A stretch of 64,000 nt of DNA from an uncultured Gemmatimonadales bacterium. Its GTDB lineage: Bacteria; Gemmatimonadota; Gemmatimonadetes; Gemmatimonadales; GWC2-71-9. The stretch's first letter is position 1; the number at the start of each line of letters is the position of its first letter. Where the stretch lies: NCBI GenBank assembly GCA_963748815.1, contig CAVVKJ010000010.1, positions 480,001-544,000 of the forward strand, in the 5' to 3' direction. This document shows, one piece after another, positions 26,875 through 40,749 of this stretch. The position numbers were made by a program, and so were the translations under genes. Below the pieces are notes generated by a model. It saw only the letters and a program-made list of their open reading frames with translations, was not told where the DNA came from and made no database searches.

Positions 26875-26920
26875 TCCGAAGCCCACCAGCCGAGCCCGCG
26901 GGTCCGGATCATGCTTCGAA

Positions 26921-27007
26921 CGGACAGGGTGGGATTCGAACCCACGAGACCCTTGCGGGCCCACCGGTTTTCGAGACCGGCTCCTTCAGCCACTCGGACA
27001 CCTGTCC
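26921..27007 (-). tRNA. tRNA-Ser(CGA)
   Basis: GGACAGG acceptor stem, anticodon arm CCGGT-CTCGAAA-ACCGG, long variable arm and GGTTCGAATCC. Confidence 0.96.
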
Positions 27008-27083
27008 TGGTCCGCCCGAACTCGGCGGACGTCAATACTAGTGACGGAACAGCGATTTTTCCAGCAGGAGACGAAGGATTTCA

Positions 27084-28688
27084 GTGACTGCCATCCAGCC
27101 CGACGAGGATCTCGCCCGCGCCGTCGCCCGGCGCCGGACCTTTGCCATCATCAGCCATCCCGACGCCGGCAAGACCACCCTGACCGAGAAGCTGCTGCTC
27201 TATGGCGGGGCCATCCATCTGGCGGGGACGGTCAAGGCGCGGCGCGCCGACCGCCACGTCACCTCCGACTGGATGGAGCTGGAGCGGCAGCGCGGCATCT
27301 CGGTGACCTCCAGCGTGCTGCAGTTCGAGTACGCCGATTGCCAGGTCAACCTGCTCGACACCCCCGGCCACCAGGACTTCTCCGAGGACACCTACCGCAC
27401 CCTGGTGGCCGCCGACAGCGCCGTGATGCTGCTCGACAACCGGAAGGGGGTCGAGGAACGCACCCGCCAGCTCTTCGACGTCTGCAAGCGCCGCCGGATG
27501 CCGATCGTCACCTTCGTCAACAAGTGCGACCGGGCCGGCGTCGATCCGATGACCCTCCTCGGCGACGTCGAACGCGACCTGGACATCGCCTGCTGGCCCG
27601 CCACCTGGCCGGTCTACCAGGGCGACCGGTTCGTCGGCGTGGTGGACCGGAGCGCCAACGAAGTGCTGCTCTTCGACCGGCGCACCGACCACGGCGCCTC
27701 CCGCGCGCAGACCCAGCGGTACGCGCTGACCGATCCCGCCCTCGCCAGGGAACTCGGAGCGGAGGCGGTGTCGCAGCTGTCGGACGAACTCCAGCTGCTC
27801 GACGGCGCCGGGCATGCCTTCGACCGCGATGCCTTCCTGGCCGGCACGCTCTCCCCGGTCTATTTCGGCAGCGCGCTCAGCAACTACGGCGTCGAGCCGT
27901 TCCTCCGGGAGTTCCTGACCCTGGCGCCGTCGCCGGTGGCACGCGAGTCGTCCATCGGCCCGATCTCACCCGTGTCCACCGATTTCACCGGCTTCGTCTT
28001 CAAGATCCAGGCGAACATGGACCCGCGGCACCGGGACCGCGTCGCGTTCGTGCGGATCTGCTCAGGACATTTCGAGGCGGGCATGGATGTCCGCCAGGTG
28101 CGCACCGGGAAGACGCTGCGGCTCTCCGCGCCGCAGCAGTTCATGGCCCGCGAGCGGATCAGCATCGAGGAAGCGTGGCCGGGCGACGTGATCGGGATCA
28201 TGGATCGCGGCGGCCTCCGCATCGGCGACACCCTCTCCGCCGGCGCGGATCTCGAGTTCCACGACATTCCGCGCTTTCCCCCGGAGCACTTCGCGCGCGC
28301 GTATCCCGCCGACCCGCTGCGGCGCAAGCAGCTGGACACGGGGCTGCGGGAGCTCTCCGAGGAGGGGGCGGCCCAGGTGTTCTACGCCGAGAGCGAGACG
28401 GGGCCCGCCCCGATCGTCGGCGCCATCGGGCAACTGCAGTTCGACGTGATGCTCTTCCGGCTGGAGAACGAGTACGGCGCCCCCTGCCGGTTCGAGCCGG
28501 TGGGCTACCGATATCCCCGGTGGGTCACCGGCACGCCCGACGCGATCGAGCAGGCGGCCTCCGCTCGCGGGCGCCTGCGGCTCTACGACACCAAGGGGCA
28601 CCCGCTGCTGTTGTTCGAGAACGAATGGGCGTTGCGGTGGGCGCAGGAGAACGAACGGAAGCTCCAGTTCCACGAGGTGGCGCCGTAG
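27084..28688 (+). CDS. prfC: Peptide chain release factor 3
   Basis: RRTFAIISHPDAGKTT, SDWMELERQRGISV, DTPGHQDFSEDTYR and FKIQANMDPRHRDR. Confidence 0.98.
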   Translation: MTAIQPDEDLARAVARRRTFAIISHPDAGKTTLTEKLLLYGGAIHLAGTVKARRADRHVTSDWMELERQRGISVTSSVLQFEYADCQVNLLDTPGHQDFSEDTYRTLVAADSAVMLLDNRKGVEERTRQLFDVCKRRRMPIVTFVNKCDRAGVDPMTLLGDVERDLDIACWPATWPVYQGDRFVGVVDRSANEVLLFDRRTDHGASRAQTQRYALTDPALARELGAEAVSQLSDELQLLDGAGHAFDRDAFLAGTLSPVYFGSALSNYGVEPFLREFLTLAPSPVARESSIGPISPVSTDFTGFVFKIQANMDPRHRDRVAFVRICSGHFEAGMDVRQVRTGKTLRLSAPQQFMARERISIEEAWPGDVIGIMDRGGLRIGDTLSAGADLEFHDIPRFPPEHFARAYPADPLRRKQLDTGLRELSEEGAAQVFYAESETGPAPIVGAIGQLQFDVMLFRLENEYGAPCRFEPVGYRYPRWVTGTPDAIEQAASARGRLRLYDTKGHPLLLFENEWALRWAQENERKLQFHEVAP

Positions 28689-28709
28689 GCCGGCCTCACG
28701 CTGGATGTG

Positions 28710-28742
28710 CAACGGGCCACCGAGAGCTTCGGTGGCCCGTTG
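28710..28742. terminator. Hairpin between convergent prfC and hydroxylase genes
   Basis: 14-bp stem CAACGGGCCACCGA-GAGCT-TCGGTGGCCCGTTG. Confidence 0.75.
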
Positions 28743-28772
28743 GGCATCCGTGCTGGAGCGCCGCCCCCTGCC

Positions 28773-29405
28773 CTACGCGGCCTGCCGGTCGGCGCGCACC
28801 CGCCGCGATACCGTCCCGAAGACGTAGTCCCAGACCGGCGAGCTGACGCCGTAGCCCAGGTCGTCGTCCCGGTAATGGTGCCGCAGGTGGTACTCCCGGA
28901 GGAACTTGCCGACGCGGCTGTCCATCTTCCAGTGGTGGGTGGCATAGTGGGTCGTGTCGTAGATGACGTACCCCACGAGGAATCCGGCGAAGATGGCGGG
29001 GTACAGCGTCCCGAACACCCCGTTGAATGCCACGCCGAAGAGGGCGGCGAGCGGGAGGCTCACCGGCGGCGGCATCACGAGGCGGGTGTGGTCCTGCGGA
29101 TAGTCGTGGTGGATGCCGTGCATGAGGAAGTGGAGCTTCTGTCCGATGCGGCTCTTGGGCTGGTAGTGGAACACCCAGCGATGCAGGGAGTACTCGGTCA
29201 GCGACCAGATGAAGAGCCCCGCCAGGACCAGGCCGAGGACCATCGGCCAGGAGCCCGCCTGCAGCCCCTGCCAGAGGAACCACCCCGCGATCGGCAGGAA
29301 GACGACGGCCGGCGTGGCGGGATGGATGTGGGTGAGACGCTCGAGCATCGGGTTCTCGAACAGGGGAATCGTCTCGTCCTTGTTCGATACGAATTTGGCG
29401 GGCAT
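28773..29405 (-). CDS. Fatty acid hydroxylase / sterol desaturase family protein
   Basis: His boxes EYSLHRWVFH, HGIHHDYP, HYATHH and HLRHHY, plus RLVMPP and YGVSSPVWD. Confidence 0.9.
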   Translation of the reverse strand: MPAKFVSNKDETIPLFENPMLERLTHIHPATPAVVFLPIAGWFLWQGLQAGSWPMVLGLVLAGLFIWSLTEYSLHRWVFHYQPKSRIGQKLHFLMHGIHHDYPQDHTRLVMPPPVSLPLAALFGVAFNGVFGTLYPAIFAGFLVGYVIYDTTHYATHHWKMDSRVGKFLREYHLRHHYRDDDLGYGVSSPVWDYVFGTVSRRVRADRQAA

Positions 29406-29525
29406 GGCGACACTCCAGGACCTTGTTCACCGGCGCCGATGCGCTCCCATGCGCACGGTCTGCGGTTGTCTAACATAATCAGTCGCAGCGTGTTACGTCA
29501 ACCAATCCGCACCTTTCAGGTCGTG

Positions 29526-29985
29526 TTAGCGGCGGGCCCGAAAGAACTCCTTCAGCAGCTCCCCGCACTCCGCCTCCAGCACTCCACCCACGACCTCGGG
29601 GCGATGGTTGAGACGGGGATGCCGCAGGATGTCATGCACCGATCCGGCCATGCCAGCACGCTGGTCCCAGGCGCCGAAGACGACCGTGCCGACCTTCGCG
29701 AGGACGATGGCGCCGGCGCACTGCGCGCACGGCTCCAGTGTGACGAAGAGCGTCGCATCGACCAACCGATCCTCCCCCGCCTCCGCCACCGCGGCCTGGA
29801 TCGCCAGGAGTTCGGCGTGCGCGGTGGGGTCCTTCCGATGCACCATCTCGTTGTGCGCCTGCCCGATGACCTTCCCCTCCCGGACGACGAGCGCGCCGAC
29901 CGGCACCTCCTCCCGGACGGCAGCCGCCCGCGCCAGCCGCAGCGCCGCCTCCATCCAGGCCACGTCGGCCGGCGACGCGCCGCCC

Positions 29986-29993
<8 letters not shown>
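29526..29993 (-). CDS. tadA: tRNA adenosine(34) deaminase
   Basis: [24 protein letters not shown] and LLKEFF. Confidence 0.93.
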
Positions 29994-32613
<2,620 letters not shown>

Positions 32614-32682
32614 GCCGCACCACGAGGGCAAGGGACATACCGGACAGTCCTGCCGTTCTGACAGCGGAATCCGGCCTCTTCA

Positions 32683-32720
32683 ATAAAGCAACGAGGGACA
32701 TTCACAGGGAATGTCCCTCG
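32683..32720 (-). terminator. Intrinsic terminator after the CTD-like gene
   Basis: 12-bp stem CGAGGGACATTC/GAATGTCCCTCG followed by TTGCTTTAT on the minus strand. Confidence 0.75.
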
Positions 32721-32733
32721 CCGACTGCGCCGT

Positions 32734-33171
32734 TTACTGGGCTGGCTGATTTTCCTTGCGGACAATCATCTTCTTCACCTGACTCTGACCATCCACGGTC
32801 AAACGGTAGTAGTACACCCCGGGCGTGACCTCCCGTTCCTCGTCCAGATAGCGGCCGCTCCAATAGGCCACATAGGACCCGCACTGGAGCCGGAGACCAC
32901 GGACTCGCTCGCGCCCCCCGGTTTGGAGTTCCGGAACGGCGACCACCTGCACAAGTACGTTGTAGATCTCCAGAGTCACCAACGGCAGATGGCCATCGGT
33001 GCATGCCTCCCGTGTCAGTACGAACGGAATGGACGTGGCCGGGAAGAACGGGTTGGGGAAGTTGTCTCCGAGCTCAAAGGCCGGCTTGGGAGACGGGACC
33101 TGCGCGGAAGCGGGTGCCACCATCCCTGCCATGAGCCCGAGCAACAGCCCCGTCCAGGCACGGCCTGTCAT
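32734..33171 (-). CDS. Small secreted protein consisting of a T9SS type-A CTD / FlgD-Ig-like domain
   Basis: Signal peptide ending ASAQ, then FELGDNFPNPF, LEIYNVL, YWSG and PGVYYYRL...KKMIV. Confidence 0.75.
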   Translation of the reverse strand: MTGRAWTGLLLGLMAGMVAPASAQVPSPKPAFELGDNFPNPFFPATSIPFVLTREACTDGHLPLVTLEIYNVLVQVVAVPELQTGGRERVRGLRLQCGSYVAYWSGRYLDEEREVTPGVYYYRLTVDGQSQVKKMIVRKENQPAQ

Positions 33172-33288
33172 ACGGAACCTCACTCGAACAAGGGTTGTGA
33201 AGCGGGTGGAAGCACCTCCGTCGAAGCGATTGATAGTGGAGCACTTACGCGATTTCAGCCTAAGTATGCGACCCCTTCAAGCACCGTG

Positions 33289-35121
<1,833 letters not shown>

Positions 35122-35125
<4 letters not shown>

Positions 35126-35883
35126 GCCGTCACCCAGGGCCGCTCTTCCCAGAAGGCGATGGCGGGCATCGCTCCTCCCTCGGCGAGGTGGTGCCGGAGA
35201 AACCGCGCGAAGAGCCGTCGGTGGGAGGCCGCGTGCCGCTCATCGAGCACCGGGAGGTCCGCGCCGGCGGCCACCAACGCCTCGAGATCGCGGCGATCGG
35301 CCACGGACAGCGACGTGATCCCCTGCCCTTCGCTGCAGCGCGCGCAGAGCCCGCCCCCTTCGGCGGCGCTGAAGCGGAGCGGCGCCTCGGCGGGAAGCGG
35401 CACCCCGTCTCGCGCGCAGCGGTCGAGCGCTGGCGCAAACCCCAGCACGCTCACCAGACGCCACAGCATGCGAAGCCCAAGGACCTCGATCGCCTCGGCC
35501 GGTGCAGTCTCGAGCACGGTCAGCGCCCCGCTCAGCAGGTCATAACTGTCGGGATGGGATTCCGCAGGCGAGAATCGCCAGGCGACCTCCCCGATGGCCG
35601 CGGCCGCGGCAAAGCGTGGAAGGTCCGTGGCCAACCCGGTGCGGAGGCTGGTCAGGTCGAAGGCGGCAAGGGTCTGGAGATCGCGGGTGTCCTTCAGGTA
35701 GAGATGCGCGACCCCTTCGCTCAGGAGCTGGAGCGAGGCGCCAAAGCGGCTCCGGGGCCGGAGCGCCCCCTTGGCGAGTGCGCTCCGGACGCCGAGGTCC
35801 CGGGTGGCGAGGCGGACGATCTTCGAGGTGTCCCCATAGCGGAGCGCGCCCAGGATGATCGCGGGAGTCGTGATGGGGGCCAT
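35122..35883 (-). CDS. recO: DNA repair protein RecO
   Basis: YGDTSKIV, AKGALRPRSRFG and Zn-site remnant CARDG...GGGLCARC. Confidence 0.93.
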
Positions 35884-35892
35884 CCCCGCAAT

Positions 35893-36948
35893 CTACTCCA
35901 CAGGAATCAGGGTGACGGCCGATCCGATGGCGCAGCTGCCGAGGGGAACGACCGTCCGCTGGGTGAGGTCCGGCCGAAGCACGTGCGCCTCGCCCCCTGC
36001 CCCGCCGCCGCACCCCGCCGAAATCGCGTAGATCCGGCCGTCGGAGTCCACCGCGACGCCGGAGTTGTCCGGAATAGGGATGCCGTCGCCCGCGCCGAGC
36101 ACCAGGGTGCGGGTCACGATGTCGAACTCCATCAGCCCTTCGCTGAACGAACTGATGAAGAGGCGGTCGCCGCCGTCGGTGGCGATATCCCCGGGCCCGG
36201 GGCCAATGCCGCCGAAGTTGGCCAGCTCGACCCGCGCCACCGGGTCGACGATCGAGAGCCGTCCGTCGTCGACGTAGTTGCCGACGTTCACCACGTAGAT
36301 CCGCCCGTCCCCGGCCACCACCGCGAACTGGGGGTTGCCGGGGGCGGGCAGCGGAATCGAGTCGATGCCGGTCGCCTTGGCGTTGGTGAGCGGATCGATC
36401 ACCGTGATCCACCCCGGCCCGGCGACGGCGTAGTTGACGAGGTTGCCATTGAGCACGAACACCTTGCCGCGGGTGGCGACGACGCCCTGCGGATACACGC
36501 CGACCGCCACGCTCGCCGTGTCGCCCGTCAGGTAGTTGATCCGGGTGACCGTGTTGAGTCCCGGATTCGCGACGTAGGCGATCGAGTCGTCCACGATGGC
36601 CGAGCCGGTGGCGAACGACCCGTTGGCGAGGGGAATCACGCGAGAGATCGCGCCGGCGGTGAGGTCGACCACGGTGGCGGCGTGGTCCAGCCCCATCGGC
36701 ACGACGGCATACCCGCGGAGCGCCGAGACGCCGACCGGGGTCGGCGTGGTGCCGCCAAGCGGAATGGTGTAGGTCGAGCCGGTGGCGTTCACCGGCACGA
36801 CGCTGAGCGACGACTCGAGCGAATTGACCACGAGCACCACTTCGGACGGCGCCGGCAGCGGCGCCTCAGGGTCGGCGCAGCCCGCGGCGAGGACCGCGAA
36901 TCCGCCGGCGGCCAGGACGCGGAGGCGAGGGGACATCATCATTGCCAC
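35893..36948 (-). CDS. YncE/BtuG-like beta-propeller lipoprotein
   Basis: Lipobox LAAG-C and repeated blades (AYVAN, KVFVLN, RIYVVN, RLFISS, RIYAIS). Coupled to the TonB receptor. Confidence 0.8.
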   Translation of the reverse strand: MAMMMSPRLRVLAAGGFAVLAAGCADPEAPLPAPSEVVLVVNSLESSLSVVPVNATGSTYTIPLGGTTPTPVGVSALRGYAVVPMGLDHAATVVDLTAGAISRVIPLANGSFATGSAIVDDSIAYVANPGLNTVTRINYLTGDTASVAVGVYPQGVVATRGKVFVLNGNLVNYAVAGPGWITVIDPLTNAKATGIDSIPLPAPGNPQFAVVAGDGRIYVVNVGNYVDDGRLSIVDPVARVELANFGGIGPGPGDIATDGGDRLFISSFSEGLMEFDIVTRTLVLGAGDGIPIPDNSGVAVDSDGRIYAISAGCGGGAGGEAHVLRPDLTQRTVVPLGSCAIGSAVTLIPVE

Positions 36949-38987
36949 TCCAGTGCGATTGAGAAGGTCGCCGTGCGCCCCGGCGTGGGGTAGCCAGCGA
37001 GGAATTCTGCCCGTTCGTCAAAGAGATCCCGCACGTCGGCCCGCACCGTCGCGGTCCCGATCGTGCGCTCGAGGCCGACGTCCAGCACGCCGTAGGCCGG
37101 TCGCGGATTCACGCCGCCCGGATTCGGATAGCGGACGCCGATCCATCGCCACCGGGTGTCGGCGCCCCAGCCACCCGCGGTCCACCCTGCGGTGGCGCCC
37201 CACGTTCCCACCGGGCGGTACTGGACCTGCGCGCCGCCGGGCACGTCATAGGTAATCGGCGTCCAGGCGCCTTGCACGGCAAGCGTCAGCGAAGGGGGCA
37301 GCCGGACGCTCAGTGACCCATCCAGGCCGCGCCGAATCACGTCGTAGTTGCGCGGACTCCAGATGAATCCGACGCCCGGCGCCCAGAGGATCAGGTCCTC
37401 GACACGCCCATAGTATCCGCGGAGCGAGGCCGAAACGGGAGCGCCGAAGAGGGATCCGTCCCGGCTCGCGCCGAGCTCGACCTCCCACGCCACCCGCTCC
37501 GGCCTCAGGTCAGGGTTGAGCGCCACCCCGACGCCCTCGCGAAAGAAGAGGTCGGACAACGGCGGCGCGGACACCGCGGAACCGACCGAGGCGTGCAGGG
37601 CGGTCCCCCCGCGCTGCCACCCGGCATCCAGCCGCGCGCTGCCGAACGGCGTCGACTCGCCGGTCCACCAGTCGAGCCGCAGGCTCGGCGTCAACGACCA
37701 GGGGGAGGAGTCCGAAGGCCGGACGGTCCCGGTGGCCCGGAGTCCCCCACGGGAGAAGTCGGTCCCTTCCCGTACCACATCACCCTGGTAGGCGTCGTGA
37801 CGCGCGGCCGCGCCGAGTTCCGCCGTGCCGTCCCAGCCCCCAACGGAAATCGGCACTCCCAGCGCCCAGTCGAGCGTCCCGCTCCAGCCGTCCGTCTGGA
37901 CATCATAGGCCGGGCCGGAAGGCGGCGCGGGATCGGACGCTGCGGTGCTGAGGTACTGGATCGAACCCCGCCAACTGGAGACGCCAGGAATCGAGATGCC
38001 GAGGAAGGCGGACAGGTCGTCCGCGCTGGCGTTGGGTGTCTCGTTCCCGACCGGCCCCGGCAGGCCCCGGTGCGAAACACTCGCCCGTCCCTGCACTGCC
38101 ACGCGCCCCGCGGTACGGAACGAGAGCGATCCGATGGTGCCACCGGCGTTCACCCGCTCCGCCTCGCCGCCGCCGCGGTTGACCGGCACGAGGTAGGCGA
38201 AGCCGTCCGCCAGACTCTCGCCTCTCACAAAGAAGCGCGTCCCGGCAATCGCCCCGGACAGCGACCCGCCGACCGAGCCGTGGCTTCCCACCCAGCCGAA
38301 GGCGGTCGGCGGTGCTACCGCGGCCCTGACTTCGAATGTCGATGACCCCGCCCACCGCCGTCCCTGCGGCGCCGGCGGATTGCGCCCCGGCGCGCACCCG
38401 GACCGATGCGACATCCTGCGTGGACAGCCGGCTGAGGTCGGCTCGGCCGGTCAGCGGGTCGTTGATGGCGAATCCGTCGACCAGCACGATCACTTCCTCG
38501 GGCGCGCTCCCCCGCACCTGGGGCGCCGCCGGGCCGTTCCCGCCGCTGCGCCGTACCACCACGCCCTCCCACCCATCGATGGCGGAGGCGAGGTCGGTGC
38601 CCCGCCGCACGAGGGCCGGTGGTCCAGTGTCGCGCCCGAATCCGCCGACGCCCGGATGGTGATGTCTGGAAGCACGGGCGCGGTGGCCACGAGCCGGACC
38701 GTCCGCTCGAGCTCCAGCCCGGCCGGCAGGTCGATCTGCTCGCGCGACGGGCGATACCCGATCGCGGTCACGACGAGAAGCGCGGCGCCCGCCGCCAACC
38801 CACCGAGGCCGAATCGACCGTCGGAGGCCGTCTGCGTCGATTGCCCGCTGAGTTCCACGCGGGCAGCGCCGATCGGGGCACCGGAGGCGGCATCCACCAC
38901 GCGCCCGCGGATGGTGGCCGGCCCCTGTGCCGCCACCAGCTGCGGCGCGCAGAGGATCGCGGCCGAGAGGGCGACGAGTGCTCTCAT
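36939..38987 (-). CDS. btuB: TonB-dependent receptor, BtuB-like (two compensating frameshifts near 38615 and 38320)
   Basis: Signal peptide, carboxypeptidase-regulatory-like N domain, plug (VRGS...VLVDG...GGVIDI), NPDLRPE and C-terminal YPTPGR...W. Downstream of a cobalamin riboswitch. Confidence 0.8.
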
Positions 38988-39778
38988 CGACCGGCCCCGT
39001 CGCCCGGGCGGAGCGGCACCACCTGCGGCGCGCCATCGCGCCATGGGGAGACCGCCACCGGCCATTGAAAGACGCCGGAGAGCAGCTCCTCCCGGAGCAC
39101 CTCGGTCGGCGTCCCGTGTGCCACCCGCGTTCCCTCGTTGAGGAGCAGCAACTCGTCGGCGTATCGCGCGGCCAGGTTCAGGTGGTGCGTGATGACCATC
39201 GCCCCGAGCCCGCCATCGGCCAGCGCACGCACCAGTTCGAAGACCTCCATCTCGTGCCGGACATCGAGCGCCACGGTCGGCTCATCGAGGAGGAGCGCCT
39301 CCGGTTCCTGCGCCAGGGCGCGCGCGACACGCACCCGCTGCCACTCGCCGCCGGACAGGGTCTCGGTTCGGCGGTGCCGCAGCGACCAGGCGTCACATCG
39401 CTCGAGGGCGTGCCGCACCGCGGCGCGGTCCCGCTCGCCGGCGGCCGACAACGGTCCGAGCCGGGCGTACCGCGCCATGAGTACCGTGTCCTCGACCCCG
39501 AGCGGGAAGAGAATCTCCTCGCGCTGGCTCACCACGCCGAGCACCGTCGCGATGTCTCTCCGGCGCCATGCGGCAAGCGGCCGCCCCTTGAGCGACACCG
39601 ACCCCGTCTCCAGGCCGGTGAGTCCGAGCAGGGCGCGAAGCAGCGTCGACTTGCCGCTCCCGTTGGGTCCGACGACGGCGAGGAGCCGGCCCGGCGCGAC
39701 GTCGCAACTGACCTGCTGCAGCGCGGGCCGAGCGGCGCCCGGGTAGCGGACCGTCAGGTCGACTCCGTGGAGGATCAT
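38984..39778 (-). CDS. btuD: ABC transporter ATP-binding protein (BtuD/FecE type)
   Basis: GPNGSGKS, LSGGEWQR, ARALAQ, LLLDEPT and HHLNLA. Confidence 0.85.
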   Translation of the reverse strand: MILHGVDLTVRYPGAARPALQQVSCDVAPGRLLAVVGPNGSGKSTLLRALLGLTGLETGSVSLKGRPLAAWRRRDIATVLGVVSQREEILFPLGVEDTVLMARYARLGPLSAAGERDRAAVRHALERCDAWSLRHRRTETLSGGEWQRVRVARALAQEPEALLLDEPTVALDVRHEMEVFELVRALADGGLGAMVITHHLNLAARYADELLLLNEGTRVAHGTPTEVLREELLSGVFQWPVAVSPWRDGAPQVVPLRPGDGAGR

Positions 39779-40749
39779 CGCAGCGATCTCCGCAGCTGCA
39801 TCGCGAAGATCGGCACGCCGATCAGCGCGGTGAGCACGCCCACCGGCAGTTCGAGGGGGCGGAAGAGGCTCCGGGCCAGGAGATCGGAAAGCACCAGGAA
39901 GGCCCCACCGGCCAGAAATGCCGCCGGCAGGAGGGAGCGGTGCAATGGCCCGCCCCAGCGCCGCATGACGTGGGGGACGACCAGCCCGACGAATCCGATG
40001 ATGCCGGAGACGGCGACCGCGGCCCCGGTCAACGCCGCCACCGAGAGATAGACGCGGCGCTTGAGGACTTCGACGTCGGCGCCCAGGTGCTGCGCGTTCT
40101 CCTCGCCGAGGGTCAGCAGGTCCAGCCCGCGCGCGCTGCCCCAGAGGATGCCGAGCGGCAGCAGGCCGTACGCGGCGAACACCGACACCGTCAGCCAGGA
40201 CGCCATCCCGAAACCGCCAAGGAGCCAGAGCATCGCGCTGCGGAGCTCGGCCGCCGGGGCGAGGATGATGACGGCACTCATCAGGGAGCCGGCAAAGGCG
40301 CCGATGACGACTCCGCCGAGGAGCAGAATGTGCGGATCGAGCCGCCGTCCGGTCACGACGCTCAGGCGGTAGACGATCGCCACGGCACCGAGCGCGCCGA
40401 CGAAGGCCGCCAGCGGCACGGCCCATGGACCGCCGAGATGCAGCGCGATTGCGATGACGGCACCGAGTCCCGCGCCGCCGGACAACCCGACGAGGTAGGG
40501 GTCGGCGAGCGGGTTCCGGACCAGGGCCTGGAGCGCGGCGCCCGCCACCGACAGGGCGCCGCCGACGAGAAATGCGAGCAGGACGCGGGGCATCCGCAGG
40601 AACCGGATCAGGGCGGCGTCGCCGGTCGGCGCGCGGCCCAGCGCGCCGGCGAGGCCGTCCCATCCGACGTCGACCGCGCCGAGCGACAACCCGGTGAGAA
40701 TGATCAGCGCCGTCACGACGAGGAGCGTCGCCCACCGGGCGGTCGTCAC
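39775..40749 (-). CDS. btuC: FecCD/BtuC-family ABC permease
   Basis: RMPRV, QALVRNPLADPY, GIIGFVGLVVPH and ELPVG. Confidence 0.88.
   Translation of the reverse strand: MTTARWATLLVVTALIILTGLSLGAVDVGWDGLAGALGRAPTGDAALIRFLRMPRVLLAFLVGGALSVAGAALQALVRNPLADPYLVGLSGGAGLGAVIAIALHLGGPWAVPLAAFVGALGAVAIVYRLSVVTGRRLDPHILLLGGVVIGAFAGSLMSAVIILAPAAELRSAMLWLLGGFGMASWLTVSVFAAYGLLPLGILWGSARGLDLLTLGEENAQHLGADVEVLKRRVYLSVAALTGAAVAVSGIIGFVGLVVPHVMRRWGGPLHRSLLPAAFLAGGAFLVLSDLLARSLFRPLELPVGVLTALIGVPIFAMQLRRSLR

Noticed and set aside
23683..26920. Intact integrative element or prophage between the tRNA-Ser genes
   Set aside because: There are no integrase or phage genes, and the tRNA-end duplicate lies only 65 bp from its tRNA rather than bracketing the block.
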